From Podarcis filfolensis (taxonomy: Eukaryota): 64,000 nt of DNA. Numbering within the stretch: position 1 is the first letter of the stretch; each line of letters begins with the position of its first letter. This document shows positions 26,021 to 38,754 of this stretch, in pieces. The stretch lies in the NCBI GenBank assembly GCA_964270895.1, contig OZ185436.1. One strand, given 5' to 3'. The notes beneath the pieces are model-generated. The model was not told the origin of the DNA and did no database searches. It saw nothing but the letters and a program-made list of their open reading frames with translations. Both the position numbers and the translations under genes were made by a program.

Positions 26021-27387
26021 GTTCACCAAAGGGGTGTATAAAATAATGCACAACGTGAGATTTTTTCTTTCTTTCTTCCTCATGATAGCAGAGTCTGAGA
26101 TCACCCAATGAACTTGGAGGATCTGGTTTTCTGAACAATGCAATGTGCAGATATTTGTAAGAGACACTCTAATGCTGTGCTGTTTTGTTAAAACAGCTTT
26201 GGAAGGTGTACAATTTGGAGTACAGAAACAATAAAGACTGAAGGTATTCCTTTTCCCACCTATTACTCTTCTGCTCCAAATTATCTCTCGCCCAGAGTCT
26301 CTCTCCACCCCTATTTAGCTTCTCCTTTCCTAACAAACTAACAAACTGGTATTAGTTCTATCTTATAATTGTATACATGTCACATGGACAGTGCCGACTC
26401 TATCATTAGACAGAATCAGGCAGCAGATGCTGGGGATTCAACTGCCAGACCAGTCAATTTCTCTACATAGAATTGGAGGGAGTGCCATCTTTTCTTTTGC
26501 CTCAGGCAGCAAAATGTCTTGTGCTGGCTGCACGTGCAATTATATCTTTAGGCTTGTTCCTTATCAGGCATATACCTGATGGCCAACTAGTGGAGTGGGG
26601 TGTGTAATGCGAAAGATTGTGTAAGCCCCTGTGCAGCCAGGGTATTGGACTGTGCCCAATAATTTTAATTGTGATGACATTAATAGTTATAATGTAGTAA
26701 CAGTTTACTAATTCAGTAGTTGAGATCTTTCTTGGGGACAACCATTTAACATGCTGTTATATATTACAAACTTTATTCCTGTGAAACTATGCATTTACAA
26801 GTGAGGAGAGGGGCTAATGGGGGAGGTGATTATTATTCATACCTCAGTTCATTCTTAATCAAAGCCTAGAATTTCACAAGGAGTGGAAAATTGACAGTGG
26901 CTTCTGCAGCGGGGCCCTGAACAATTATGACTTGATTTATAAGGAGCCACTTAGCTACACATTTAAATATAGTCATCTACAAGATTTGGGGGAGGTTTCA
27001 GATAATCAAAATGCCACAGATTTAGCACGTTTAATTTTTACCCCATCTCCTGTGAGCTTGAACTCTGATTGTAATTACAGTTTCATCCTCTCCTCAATGA
27101 CATTATTTTATCAGAGTGTGCCACTGTATCAGGAGTTACAGCTTGATAGGAGAGGAATTTGCTTGCCATGGGAAGCAATGAGCAGACCGTAAAAAATGAG
27201 CTAGATAGCACTGAAGCAAATGGAGGCAGCAATCTCCGGCCCTTAGACCTGAATGAGCTGTAGGCATGACACATAGAGTGGCAGGCTCCCCTGCGTGTGC
27301 CCCGGCTTAGAAGGGATTTTATATGTAAAGGGGGGCTGACCATGTGATCTCACAGCTGGAAAACGGCGTTCTACAGTGCTGCCATTA

Positions 27388-27520
27388 TGGATACCAAGGA
27401 AATTGTGGCCATCCAGATGTTGTTGGATTCCAACGTCCATCAGCCCTAGCCAGCATGGTCAATAGTGAGGAATGATGGGAGCTGAAGTCCAGCAACATCT
27501 GTGTGGCTATACAGGTTCAT
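27388..27520. mobile_element. Degraded hAT-type MITE
   Basis: Internal sequence like 3884-4020 (ccagatgttgttgga...tgatgggagctgaagtccagcaacatctg). Confidence 0.55.
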
Positions 27521-30093
27521 AGTGCATATGTCAAGTATAGTGTCAAGCGCCTGTTTGCAGCTTGGTGGAAAGAAGAGTTCCTCATTTTGAAAGCACTGTC
27601 ACTATTAGCAATGGTTTGCACTGTGTTTAAATCTGTGGCGAAATGGCCAGGAGATGGTCATTCATGGAAATGGATTTTAATTTGCTGAAGGTTAACAGAG
27701 GAAATATGAAAGTTGTGATGTGTTTTGGGTAGCAATATGATAACAATGTTCAAATGGTTTTGTGTACCCCCCCTTTTCTCTAGCATTTTGGGAGGCTTTT
27801 AGTTTAAAAGCATTAAGGAGAAGGGGAATGTTGTTGGAAAGTGGCCCACACTCTACCACACACTGCTTCTCCGCTCAGATTTGTCCAATCTTTTAAGGAG
27901 GGGGGAGTTGAACTTCCATTAATGAAGTTGTGCATGATGCATTGTTAATTCCTTATAAATGATGCAATTTGGAAAAGTCAATGCTGTGTATGGAGTTGTC
28001 AGCTCTTAATAGATCTACCTTACTTGTTTGCTGTACTTATAAAGCCCCCCCCCCCCGCTTCACCAAATGGTTTCAGAGTGGGTTACAAAAATATTGCAAT
28101 TAAAATAAGAAACTAAAATCACAAAACAATTAATATCAGAGTGACAAAATAATAACACAGAGTGGCAGTCCACAGCAATTAAAGTAATGGTCTGCCCATT
28201 CCTTGATGAAAACATATTAAGTACCATCCCTTAGTCTAATTGTTTCTGCAGATATTAAAAGTCATATATTTCAATTTTAACTGAATATGGTTTTGTAGAA
28301 TATGAGTTAATATTGTGGAAAAACAGACTTAAAAAACCATAATTTGAGTTTTATCTAGCTCCACATTTAAGCATTAAATTAAAATTCATCTATCCAGACA
28401 CATCTGTCAGTCACTGTCTATAATTTTCTTCATGCTCACAAGGATAAATTATATCATTTCTTTTCATTGTATAATATTTAACAGATAAAATGTTTGGAGG
28501 GGCAGCTAATTAACAAAATCATAGCTACTATGTATAGCCTGAACATAATGATTTCCCTGCTGTAGAATATCTGAATGCAAAATCAAGGCATTTTGATACC
28601 TGCTACATTAGAAGCAAAATGGTATTACAAAGTCTTCTATATCAACATTAGATGAAGCACCTGCTTCATGTTCATTATCTTCTGTGCAACTTCATGTCCA
28701 AGTTTTTAGTTCTGTTTGTCTTGATTCAGCAAACTTCTAGATGAATATCTTCCAGAGATGACAAAGACTAGCCAAGTTGTCATGGGATTATTCAACATGA
28801 CATGTTTATTTTGCCCAACACTCATCCATGAATCTCCTGTACCATTATGAGTAACACTGATGGACAGGAAACTACCTTGGATGTTGAAAGCACACATAGG
28901 GCGATGTGCAATTGTGGCAGCCCACAAGGGGAGCTTCATTTTTAGCAGAGCATAGTAGCCAAACCCACTGGGTGCCTTGCAAAAAAATGTGGCACATGTG
29001 ATGCCTGTGAAAAACTCCTATGAAAGGTCTCGGTAAAGATCCCTCATAAATCCACAATCCACAAGACTGTTTGATCTTCCTGCTAAGTTCAGGATTGCAT
29101 TGCCTTGGCCTCTGCTACATTCCACATGCCCCTTAACCATGCCCCCCCATTTGGGGGGGGGTTTAGAATTTGACACCCGCACCCCACACCCTTTCATTCT
29201 GAATACAGGGGAATTGCAAAGAGCTTCTCTCTGTGAGCAAATATGGGGGTAGTTGATGTAGGTGGTTTCCCCCCCCCTCAGTTTATAAGATGGCTAATGG
29301 TAGGGGTCATGCCCATATCATTTGTGGCCCTCTGTTTTTTCTAGATGTGGCATACATATTGTGTTATGCCACACCCGTCATAGCAGCCATTTTGCGTTAT
29401 GTCACTGTTGCTATTTTGTGACCAGCAACAACAGCACTCTCTTGAAATTCCAAATATGACCACTGACCCCAAAGGGTTGGTAGCCCCTGCTAGCTCAGCT
29501 GCTATTGACAAGTTATTGACAACATTATAATACAGTTAAGCTTGTGCACCACTTGCATAACAACACCAACTGTCAAATGTCTTGTACTAACCTTACACTG
29601 GATTTCACCAAAATTAACACTGCGTGCTTTGGGTATCTGCTATATTAGGAAGAGTTTAATAGCATATTTTTTGCTTGAAAAACAGACAGTGTAATTTTAT
29701 GCAGCTTTACTTAATAATAAGCCTCACTATAGTCAGTGAGACTTACTTCCAGATGTGCACAAGACTGCAACATAAATTGCAGTTGCTACCATAGACAGAA
29801 ATTTCATGACAAAATATTCACAACCAAGACCAGCAAAATGCCTTTTATTTTCTTTGTAACAGTATAGTATTAAGAGTAACTTGAAGGACAGATTGGTATT
29901 GAGGAATAATTCTGTCTGATCCCCAAAATACAGCCGAGAAAAGGCCCATGCAATTTTCTCATCCGTAACATGGTCTTTTGGTAGTGGCTTCATTTGCACA
30001 AGAGATCAAGCTAGCTCAATCCCTTTGTATTCTCAAGCAGGTGCTGAAGACCCTTTTTTCCACTGCAGCATTCCCTGCATGATGCAAATTGGG

Positions 30094-30440
30094 TGTCAGG
30101 GACTGGCCTGCACACCAGAGGCAGGAGGGCTGGAGTCTGACTTGGGAGAGAGGGGCAGTGGTTTGAGGGGCCCTGTACCAGCCAGGAGGTAAGAATCAGA
30201 GGGAGGGAAGCTTCAGAGCTGGAGGGTGGAGCGCAGGGTGGGTCAGAAGAAGAGGACAAAGAGGCAGGTGAAGGACCAGGTGCTTCCCCACCCCTCCCCT
30301 GTGTCCCTGTCTCCCAGAATTAGGAGGGAATTGAAAAGAGAGGAGCAGAGGAAGTTTCCACACAGGCACAGTCTCCAGCTACATGCAGACAGCCTGTTGG
30401 GACGAGAGGGGAGGGGGAGTGGTCCCCTGTTGCTGCATCT
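30094..30440 (+). mobile_element. Decayed LTR-like fragment
   Basis: Starts tgtcaggg, GC-rich, with frameshifted acidic (SEEEDKEAGEGP) then basic (SPRIRRELKREEQRK) coding potential like the 24789 LTR. No 3' end found. Confidence 0.4.
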
Positions 30441-30489
30441 GCTTCATAGAGTATTGCTACCTGATATTTTTCAATGAATCCAGGGACAT

Positions 30490-31035
30490 TTTTCTTTTTT
30501 GAAGCTGAGTATCAATAGGGAATCAGTAGTGGGGATGGTGAGGCAAAAGACCCTGGGCCCAAGCACACATGCATATTGTATAAAGGTGCAAAGCCCTTCT
30601 ATCGCACACTGTGAAACATAAATGCGCAGAGACTGGGCAACGGCATGCCCCGTGCCCGTGACCCCTGAGCCTTCCCCGATTTCCTTCCCCCTTTGTTTTG
30701 ACAGATCAGGGGAGGCTCGGGAGTCACGGGCAGGCGGCCATTGCCCAGGAGGGGCCAGCCAGGTAGTGCAGTTGGCTCTGGCTGGCTTCAGGAGCTGCTC
30801 GCTGCCTGCTGCATTGGCGCAGGAAAAATGGCGGGCGCCACAGCAGTGAGCACCCCCTGAAGCTAGCCAGAGCCAACTGCACTAACAGGCTGGCTCCAGG
30901 CTGCTGAGGCTGCCCTACCACGTTTCCCGGGGACAGATTTGCAAATCTGGGGACATTCCAGGGGCAGATTTTGTCCGGGGACAGATTTACAAATCTGGGG
31001 ACTGTTCCTGGGAACCGGGGACGTCTGGTATCTCT
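30490..31035. mobile_element. Probable non-autonomous DNA transposon with subterminal repeats
   Basis: Repeated ggggacagattt(g/a)caaatctgggga units at 30927-31002, a terminus-like tctggtatctcta, and an internal 29-bp inverted repeat. Left end uncertain. Confidence 0.45.
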
Positions 31036-31138
31036 ACCATAGAGTGTGGACCTGGTTTAGGTAGATATACAGAGCTGTAGAAGTGACTGTGAATGTTATA
31101 TGTAACAATAAATACTTCAGTATCTGTTGAGTGCATTC

Positions 31139-31454
31139 CAGGGGAGCCGATTTGGGCCCCAGGTTATGGGTGCCCAGTGCGTGTGACATCATGACTTCAC
31201 ACGCGTGCCCTGGCATCAGAACCTGACTTCCAGTGCCACTGGAAGACCTTGTGAGACCTCAGAAAGAATTTCTTGAGGTCTCATAAGGCCTTGGAGATGC
31301 TTTCTGAGGTCTCACAAGGCCTTAGACGTGGCCTCTGGTGCTTTGTGAGGGACCGGAAGTTGCTTTGGGGGTCTGTGGTGTGGGTGCTGAACACCCACAA
31401 CAAAGTTTTGGTGGTTGGTTGGGCACCAAGAGCCCCTTATAGTTGGTGCCCCTG
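31139..31454. mobile_element. hAT-type MITE
   Basis: cagggg.gcc / ggtgcccctg termini, 8-bp TSD gtgcattc / atgcattc, internal inverted ccttgtgagacctcagaaag repeats. Confidence 0.75.
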
Positions 31455-31917
31455 ATGCATTCTTTTTGCTGGGAAGTGCCTTGACATTTGGCTACCAAGA
31501 TGACAAGATGAACTGAAAAATCCATTTAGTTTACACTGATTGTTTTGTGCTTGAAAGTTTGATTATTATGAATTCTGATTGTTTTTAATGCTTTCAATGT
31601 TACTGCATTGGCTACTATTCGTTATTTGTACATGGCTTTGTGATTATTTCTTTTCTTTTCTTAAACTTTACTAAACTGAAACCTGACATTTGAAATGACA
31701 GTCCATCAGAACGCTAGATAGGCTTTATAAAAGAAAAATATATAGATAGATTATAGATATACAAGCTTATCTTCCAACTCCAATTCCAGAAAAGCTGTGT
31801 ATTCCTTTGAAAACTAACTTCAGTGGGCCTGGCAGTGCAATTCTCTCCTTGTGTACTTAGAACTAAGTCATTGTTCAATGGGATTTGCTCCTTAAGAAGT
31901 TTGTTTAGTAGCCTTTG

Positions 31918-32234
31918 TGTCAGGAGTCAGGAGCGGGTCAGCAATAAAACACCCAGTGTCAGATAAGTTTAACTCTTTATTCAAACAAACCACAACAGTG
32001 TAGGCCTAGTGATCACAGCAACCCTTCCCATGAGAGGCAGCTGCCAGGACTGTAGGTCCCTGTCTTCCCACCCATTACAAAGGTCTGGGTAAAAAGCTTT
32101 CCACCTCACACATAAATGAGGCCAAGGTGAAGGACAAGCAAATGTCAATTGGCAAGGAGATCCATAATCAGGGGGCCAGCTGTCAATTATGCCCTGTCTT
32201 CACTCACCCAGCTGAAGAGAGACTGTGAATAACA
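31918..32234 (-). mobile_element. Probable solo LTR (~317 bp)
   Basis: Minus strand reads TGTTA...AATAAAGAG...CTGACA. No TSD found. Confidence 0.5.
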
Positions 32235-32441
32235 AGCAGGATATTACCAGCAAGTCACAATAGGTAGGTGAAGCAGTAGAATAGGATAGGTTGCACAGGC
32301 TACTTTTTTGCAGCCAAAAAAAGATTATCTAAGTTGCCATATATGATCTAAATAAAGTGGGTGTGATTCAGGCCAAGTTAAATATACTCAAGTCCTATTG
32401 ATTTCAATTAGCATGATTTCAGCATGTTTTCTCCCACTAAA

Positions 32442-32809
32442 AAGGTAAAGGTAAAGGTACCTTTGCCCGTACAGGCCAGTCGTGTCCGACTCTAGGGTTG
32501 CGTGCCCATCTCGCTTAAGAGGCCGGGGGCCAGCGCTGTCCGGAGACACTTCCGGGTCATGTGGCCAGCGTGACGAAGCTGCTCTGGCGAGCCAGCACCA
32601 GCGCAGCACACGGAAACACCGTTTACCTTCCCACTAGAAAGCGGTACCTATTTATCTACTTGCACTTAGGGGTGCGTTCGAACTGCTAGGTGGGCAGGAG
32701 CTGGGACCGAAAGATGGGAGCTCACCCTGCCACGGGGATTCGAACCGCCGACCATGCGATCGGCAAGTCCTAGGCACTGCGGTTTTACCCACAGCGCCAC
32801 CCGCGTCCC
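32442..32809 (-). mobile_element. Sauria SINE (different subfamily, CpG-rich, young)
   Basis: (ACCTTT)n tail, gggacgcgggtggcgctgtggg head, B box ggttcgaatcc. Perfect 14-bp TSD tttctcccactaaa at 32428-32441 and 32810-32823. Confidence 0.95.
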
Positions 32810-33635
32810 TTTCTCCCACTAAACCTACGAAATTAAAAGCTGCAATTCCATGCACATTTAAACTGGAGGTAAATCTCACTGAAATCAGTAAATCTTATTC
32901 CAGTTTATTCTGTCTTCGGATCAGATGGGAAATAACGCTCGACTTCAGCAAAAACATGGACAGCTAGTGTGTTTTCATTTTACAGTTCAGTTTGTATAAA
33001 TAGAGGTACCTTCTAAGGCAGCAATGAATGCAGGACATGGCCATATTACAGCCCTTGCCAGCAGCCAACCTAGTTCACAAAAGTAGGTATGATATTCCCT
33101 TAACATCCCACACATTTAAAGTAGGTGTGTTACTGTTCCTAACCTCACCTCCATAGCTTTTCTGCTAGATTAGATGGAAAATCAAGACACAGAAGATTAC
33201 CCTAGTTTTTTTAGTCGTGATGAAATAAATGCATGGATGATTATCTCAAAAATCAGTGGTGTGAAGAAAGTAACATGAAAGGTGTGCCTCAAGGACTGTC
33301 TTTAAAAGCTTTGCCTAGGACCATTTCAGCAAGGTAGTACTTAAGTGTATGGGTCTGGGTGAAAATTTCCTAGCTCAGGTGAGTATCCCTATAATCTTTT
33401 GTGAAAGAGGCTAGTACCCAACAATTCAGCTATGACCTACTGATCTTGTACTTCCATTGTGTGCTTAATTATTTGTGTACTTGACCTTGCAACTGCTTTG
33501 TAGGAATGGCTATCATATCTCCACTATTTCACTGCTGAAAGTACAGATGAAGGTGTTTTGGTTTTAAGACTTTCCCTGAAAAATCAAGGGTGACTTGATC
33601 TCAATTTTTCTGAGTTGTTCTTTCATCATGTAACT

Positions 33636-33772
33636 CAGGCATAGGCAAACTCGGCCCTCCAGGTGTTTTTAGGACTACAACTCCCATCATCCCTAGCTAA
33701 CATGACCAGTGGTAAGGGATGATGGGAGTTGTAGTTCCAAAACATCTGGAGGGCTGAGTTTGCCTATGCCTG
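33636..33772. mobile_element. hAT-type MITE (caggcatagg family)
   Basis: TIR caggcataggcaaactc / gagtttgcctatgcctg. Perfect 8-bp TSD atgtaact. Confidence 0.93.
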
Positions 33773-36019
33773 ATGTAACTGGTGTAATAAAAAAGGGGGG
33801 AGGGTATGAAGAGTTACTTTGCCAGTCAGGTCTTCTTTTTTAAAGTTTTATACAGGAGACAACTCATTATTTCAAGAAAAGTCTAAGACTGAAACCATAG
33901 GAAGAAACACTTAATTAGATTAATCACATAGATAATTACTCATTAGTAGAAAAAGGCTTAGGAAAAGCAATACAGAGAGGCATACATATTTATACAATCT
34001 GTGTATTAAACACATCCTCAGTATTTCCAGGTAGAGTAATATGGGATGTGACTTGAGGGCCAGATTAGTACTGAAGGAAAAGTGAATAATAATTCCATGT
34101 GCACTAGCAAATAATTTGTAGATATGTGCTGGATTACTTATTGCAACGTGGAAGATTTCTGAATGCAGTGAGACATCTCTGCAAATTAAAATAAAAAAGG
34201 AACATGGTGCAAGCTCAGTCTGTGTGTGCACCCCACCAAAGCATGCTCCTGTGCAAATATGCAGCTTGAATAGGGGCTCTAATAGAAGCAGAATGTAATA
34301 AAATGCAACCACTACAAGAACTCATTCAAACAATAAGGGGATTTTAAAAACCTATCCAAATAACTTTCAGGCTGTTGTATATGCCTTTCCTTCCTTCCTA
34401 CCTTCCTTCCTTCCTTAAATGTGACTTTGTTATTTACTTTGCTCCATGCTCTTTGTGATCTGATGGTAGCTTTAGGAGAGGAAGCCTAGTCATACAAATC
34501 ATAGTTTAATTTCTCTCCAAGAGCATTTCAGAGCTGACCATTTGGAATCTACCTTTCCCTAAAGCAGAATTTCCACCTTTGGTGTGGAGCACGTCCTGCT
34601 CATTCAGTTGGCTTGCTAGGGAAGAGAGCTCAGCGAGGGAATAAATTAGCAGAAAAATAGGCAGAGTTTCTAGCCTTTACACATCTCTAAAATATCAATA
34701 AATATTGTTCTGGAGTTGCAGGAAAATGATGTGCTTGAAATAATGTCCACGGAGGCTACTGACCATACATTATTTAAGCCATCCTGCATTCTCTTTGACT
34801 AACCCCAAACTTGAGGATTTAAAAAGGATTTTAAAGCATTGCTCTCTTCCCAAAAAGAGCATTTCTTTTTTAAGGAAACGTGGCAACTTTGTCACTATAG
34901 CTTCAGGGGTTATTGGATGATATAAATCTGATGGACTAGCCAGGGATGCAACTTCAGAAAGCAAAGTCTTTTCCTAAGAGGGACAGCAAAGCTTAGAGTC
35001 ACTTTTGACACCTGAGTAATGTGCAAGACTGCAGGCAGGAGGCTCACAAGAAATCACTGAATGTAAGCTGCCAAGCTTAGGCTTTCAAACCGAAGCTGTA
35101 CACCGTGAACCTGCATTGAAGCACCAGAGATTTAGCTTGTGTGCTCTCTGCGATCTGCCTTGCAGGTCAGAGGTTCATTAAGCTTTCATGCACCCTTTTC
35201 TATTTCCTAGTGGATGGCTTTTTGTTTTGTTTTTGGTACAGCCTACAAAGTGTGTGAAAGGAGATGGGATGTATTTTAAAGGAGGCAAGTAATCATAAAG
35301 TATCATTCAAAATGCCACAATAATCCACCACGTTTGATTTTCTGATAGTGATATTGTTCTGCTGAAGTTCTCTGAACTTTCTTTAAGATTGATATCAGCC
35401 AGATGTGCAAATTAAGCAGAGAGGATGCTTAATTGATGCATCAGAATATACCCAAGAATGTACACCTGAGGTAGGACAAATGGCGACACTTTGTTAAGAT
35501 CTCAATAGGATGTACATTCCAGTGTGAATTGTCACTAGTGCTAATTATCGTTAATCACCAGAGTTAAGTACCATTATGATCATGCAGAGAGAATGACAAT
35601 TCACTATTCTAGACTATTATTTAAATTCAAAGTGAAAGATTTGCCTTTAATGAGCAGACATCTTTTAATGGATGGCAGACACAAGCCACTAGATATATCA
35701 ACTGTTCAGGTGGAGCCTGGAAGAAAAGGGTGGGGGATTGAAATGCTGCCAGCAAGAGGGACATAATTTTGAGTTTTGAAACTGGGTGGCAAGGAGCCAC
35801 TCTTGCGTTACAGATTAGCACAAGGTGGGTGACTGCTTCCTTCTCTATCCCAACCTGGAATACCAGAGGAACATTATCACTAGGAAACTAAGCAAGGAAA
35901 AAGACAACGCTTGCAACTTCCTACCACTTGGAGAAGAGGGGAGCTCCAAAACAACGCCTCAGGACAGCTATACCTCAAGCACTGCCTCTCCACATATAAA
36001 CCAACCCGGACCCGGTGAT

Positions 36020-37095
36020 CACCATCTGAGGCCCTTCTTCATGTTTCTCTTCCACTTGAGGTCCGGAAGGTGGCAACATGAGAATGGGCCTTTTCTGCAG
36101 TGGCTCCCCAACTGTGGGATGCTCTCCCCAGGGAGGTTTGTCTGGTGCCCTTTGTTACATATCTTTAGGTACCAGGCAAAAATGTTGCTCTTCAACCAGG
36201 CTGATGAAATATTCTACAGCCTTTTAAATGTGTTGGGTTTTTTTTGGGGGGGGGGTGTTAACGGAAAAATCCGAGGGCTCCCTTGGACAAAAACAAAGAC
36301 ACCAACCAGGATAACTTGGAGCAAAAAAGCAGCCTGTAGGCTCGGCCTTTATTGAATACTGTCACGACAGGACTCCCACCCGCAACAAGATGAAGCAAAA
36401 TGGAAGTCCAGAACAAAAGAAGGCCCCAACTTTTATTAGTTACTAATCCCCCAAACTACACCCCTAAGACTACATCATAACTACATCACAACTACATCAC
36501 AAAAAAGGAGGGGTTGAGGGAGGAGTTGTGGAGGTAACCTGAGTATCTTGTCACCTGGCTGGTTCCTCTTCTCCCCCTCCCCATGAGTCATTTCCAGAGG
36601 ACAAAAGGGAGTTGGCAGTTTCCTGCCCCCAGAGGGAAGATCTGATCATTGTCCTTTGTTTCAGTCCATGTTGAATCCACTCCCATATGCAAGTCCTTTG
36701 TGACCTGGATGGTCTTCTGTCTGGGACCATCAAGGTTGTCATGCCAACTGGGTAGGGCTCCTGTGTATGTGCTGGTATGGTTAAGGGATTATGGCTGTCC
36801 TGTTATCAAACCATCCCCCTTTGATAGTCCTTCCTTCATGGAGTAAAATAAAAGTGGACTGGTGTAAATCCGATGTATGGTTGATTTACTATGAATTTAT
36901 AACAGAAACGTCATGTATGGTGTGTGTGTGTGTACAAACTGAATGATTGGGGGGGTTCCTGCAACAGGGGGGGTATTGCTTTGTTATTTCTGTTTTAACT
37001 ATTTATTTGTGCTCTTATCCTGTGTTTTTATCTGGTGAACCACCCTGAGATCTTTTGTTGAAGGACAGTATCTAAATCTAATAAAAGAAAATAAA
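36020..37095 (+). mobile_element. L2-clade LINE 3' end, split by an ERV LTR
   Basis: gggccttttctgcagtggctccccaactgtgggatgctctcccc on the left and the L2 tail gtgaaccaccctgagatc...gaaggacagtatctaaatctaataaa on the right. Confidence 0.6.
36256..36838 (-). mobile_element. ERV-type solo LTR (~583 bp)
   Basis: Minus strand begins TGAAGGA and ends ccgttaaCA, with a TATA-like taataaaag and a downstream AATAAA. TSD unclear because the left flank is poly-G. Confidence 0.68.
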
Positions 37096-38505
37096 ATTTC
37101 TGAGCACTTCTTTTCTGAAACCATGGACCAGGGTGCGCATTCACATTGTGGTTTGCTAAGCCAATGGCTCATGATATATCCGCATATACCGTATACACAT
37201 GGAATTGTGCTGAATATCATTCCTGTATATTGCATTTTTGGTTAAAAAATATAGGACTCAGAATAGGACAGTCTGATACAGCCAAAGGTGTCAAAATATA
37301 AAAGTAAACTATAATACATTTCTTTATAAATTACAAAGCTAAATTTACTTTAAAAATAATTCCTAGGCAAACACTTGTTTGTTGTTTTTTAAAAAATAGA
37401 AATCTCTACGCCCCCCCCCCCAAGGGTATTTTATTGCAAAGAGCAAAAGCTGAGATAGCAGATTTCTTCTTGGCAAGTACCTCTGATGGTTCAGAATGCA
37501 GCAGCCAATCAGGATGGAAACATTAGAATCGCAGGAGTAGATAATTGACACATTCACTGCACCATTACTGAAGAAAAGCACAAAGTGATTGTTCAAATCT
37601 ATGCCCTCTGAATGGCCAGTAATGGCCATCTGCCAATCAATGAATTGCAATTTACATGCTGCCATTTAGATAATTTTACATCATGTAATGATTACACAAA
37701 TCAGGAACATTCAATCAAATCAAAATGTGGGGGAAAGAAACACAGTAAAAGTAGCACCTGTATCAGTCCTATCAGCAACTATAGAGCATTGTTAGACTTT
37801 GATATATATATATCTCAAGCATATATATAGATGCTTAATATATAGATATAATCAATATATGACACTACAGTGATCATGCTTCAAACCAAGTTAAGATTGC
37901 CTGAGCACATAAATGAGGGGTGTTCTGCGTTATGAATCTTCATTGATTACTTAATTTCTATACCGTTTAATATATTTAAAAATATCTCTAAGTGGCGGAC
38001 AGAAGACTGAAGTATCAGGAAAACTTAAACAAAACATTACAAAAATACACGTTACATATAAAAATGTTACATTGATACAAAGTTACCAATACTATAAATC
38101 AGTGTCAATTCATTTTCCTGCTGACACACCCTCCTTCTCAGCCTCTGGGTTCTCACTGAGGGTCCAAACAAACTCTCAGCTCACCCACAAAAGTTTGAGA
38201 AGACTTGAGTTTCTGGAAACGGCAGATTTCACCCTAATGTTTCACTCTAGGCATTCCAGACGGAATGTAGCCTGCTATACAGAGGTAAGAGTATCAGCCA
38301 TTGCTTTCCCCTCTTTTCCCTCTGGCTCCACGCCTCTTGTATGTGTGTTCCAGAAGCTTTTCCATGGGGAAATGTGGCCCATGAGCAGGAAAGAGCTCCC
38401 CACACCTGAACCCAGCATTCTGGCTTGCACCCTGAAATGAACTCTCAGCCGGTGAAAATGCTATGCTGGCAGTCATTTCTCACTTATCCCTTCCACTTTG
38501 TCCTC

Positions 38506-38754
38506 AGAAAGAAGAGGAGGAGTTTGGATTTGATATCCCGCTTTATCACTACCCGAAGGAGTCTCAAAGCGGCTAACATTCCCCTTTCCCTTCCTCCCCC
38601 ACAACAAACACTCTGTGAGGTGAGTGGGGCTGAGAGACTTCAAAGAAGTGTGACTGGCCCAAGGTCACCCAGCAGCTGCATGTGGAGGAGCGGGGAATCA
38701 AACCCGGTTCACCAGATTACAAGTCCACTGCTCTTAACCACTACACCACACTGG
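38506..38754 (-). mobile_element. tRNA-derived SINE with L2-type tail (Squam3-like)
   Basis: Minus strand: A box gtggtgtagtggtt, B box ggtttgattcc, tail gtgagccgctttgagac...cgggtagtgataaagcgggatatc and a (CTC/TTC) end. Confidence 0.85.

Noticed and set aside
33920-34312. 130-aa hydrophobic ORF
   Set aside because: Non-ATG start and a Leu/Phe/Ile bias expected from AT-rich non-coding DNA.
35825-36355. 176-aa ORF, the longest non-L1 ORF
   Set aside because: Starts at GTG and runs across an L2 remnant, poly-T/poly-G and an LTR edge, so it is a chance mosaic.
38194-38754. tRNA-like A/B boxes here and in the Sauria SINE heads as tRNA genes
   Set aside because: They are SINE heads attached to LINE-derived tails, with no complete cloverleaf.
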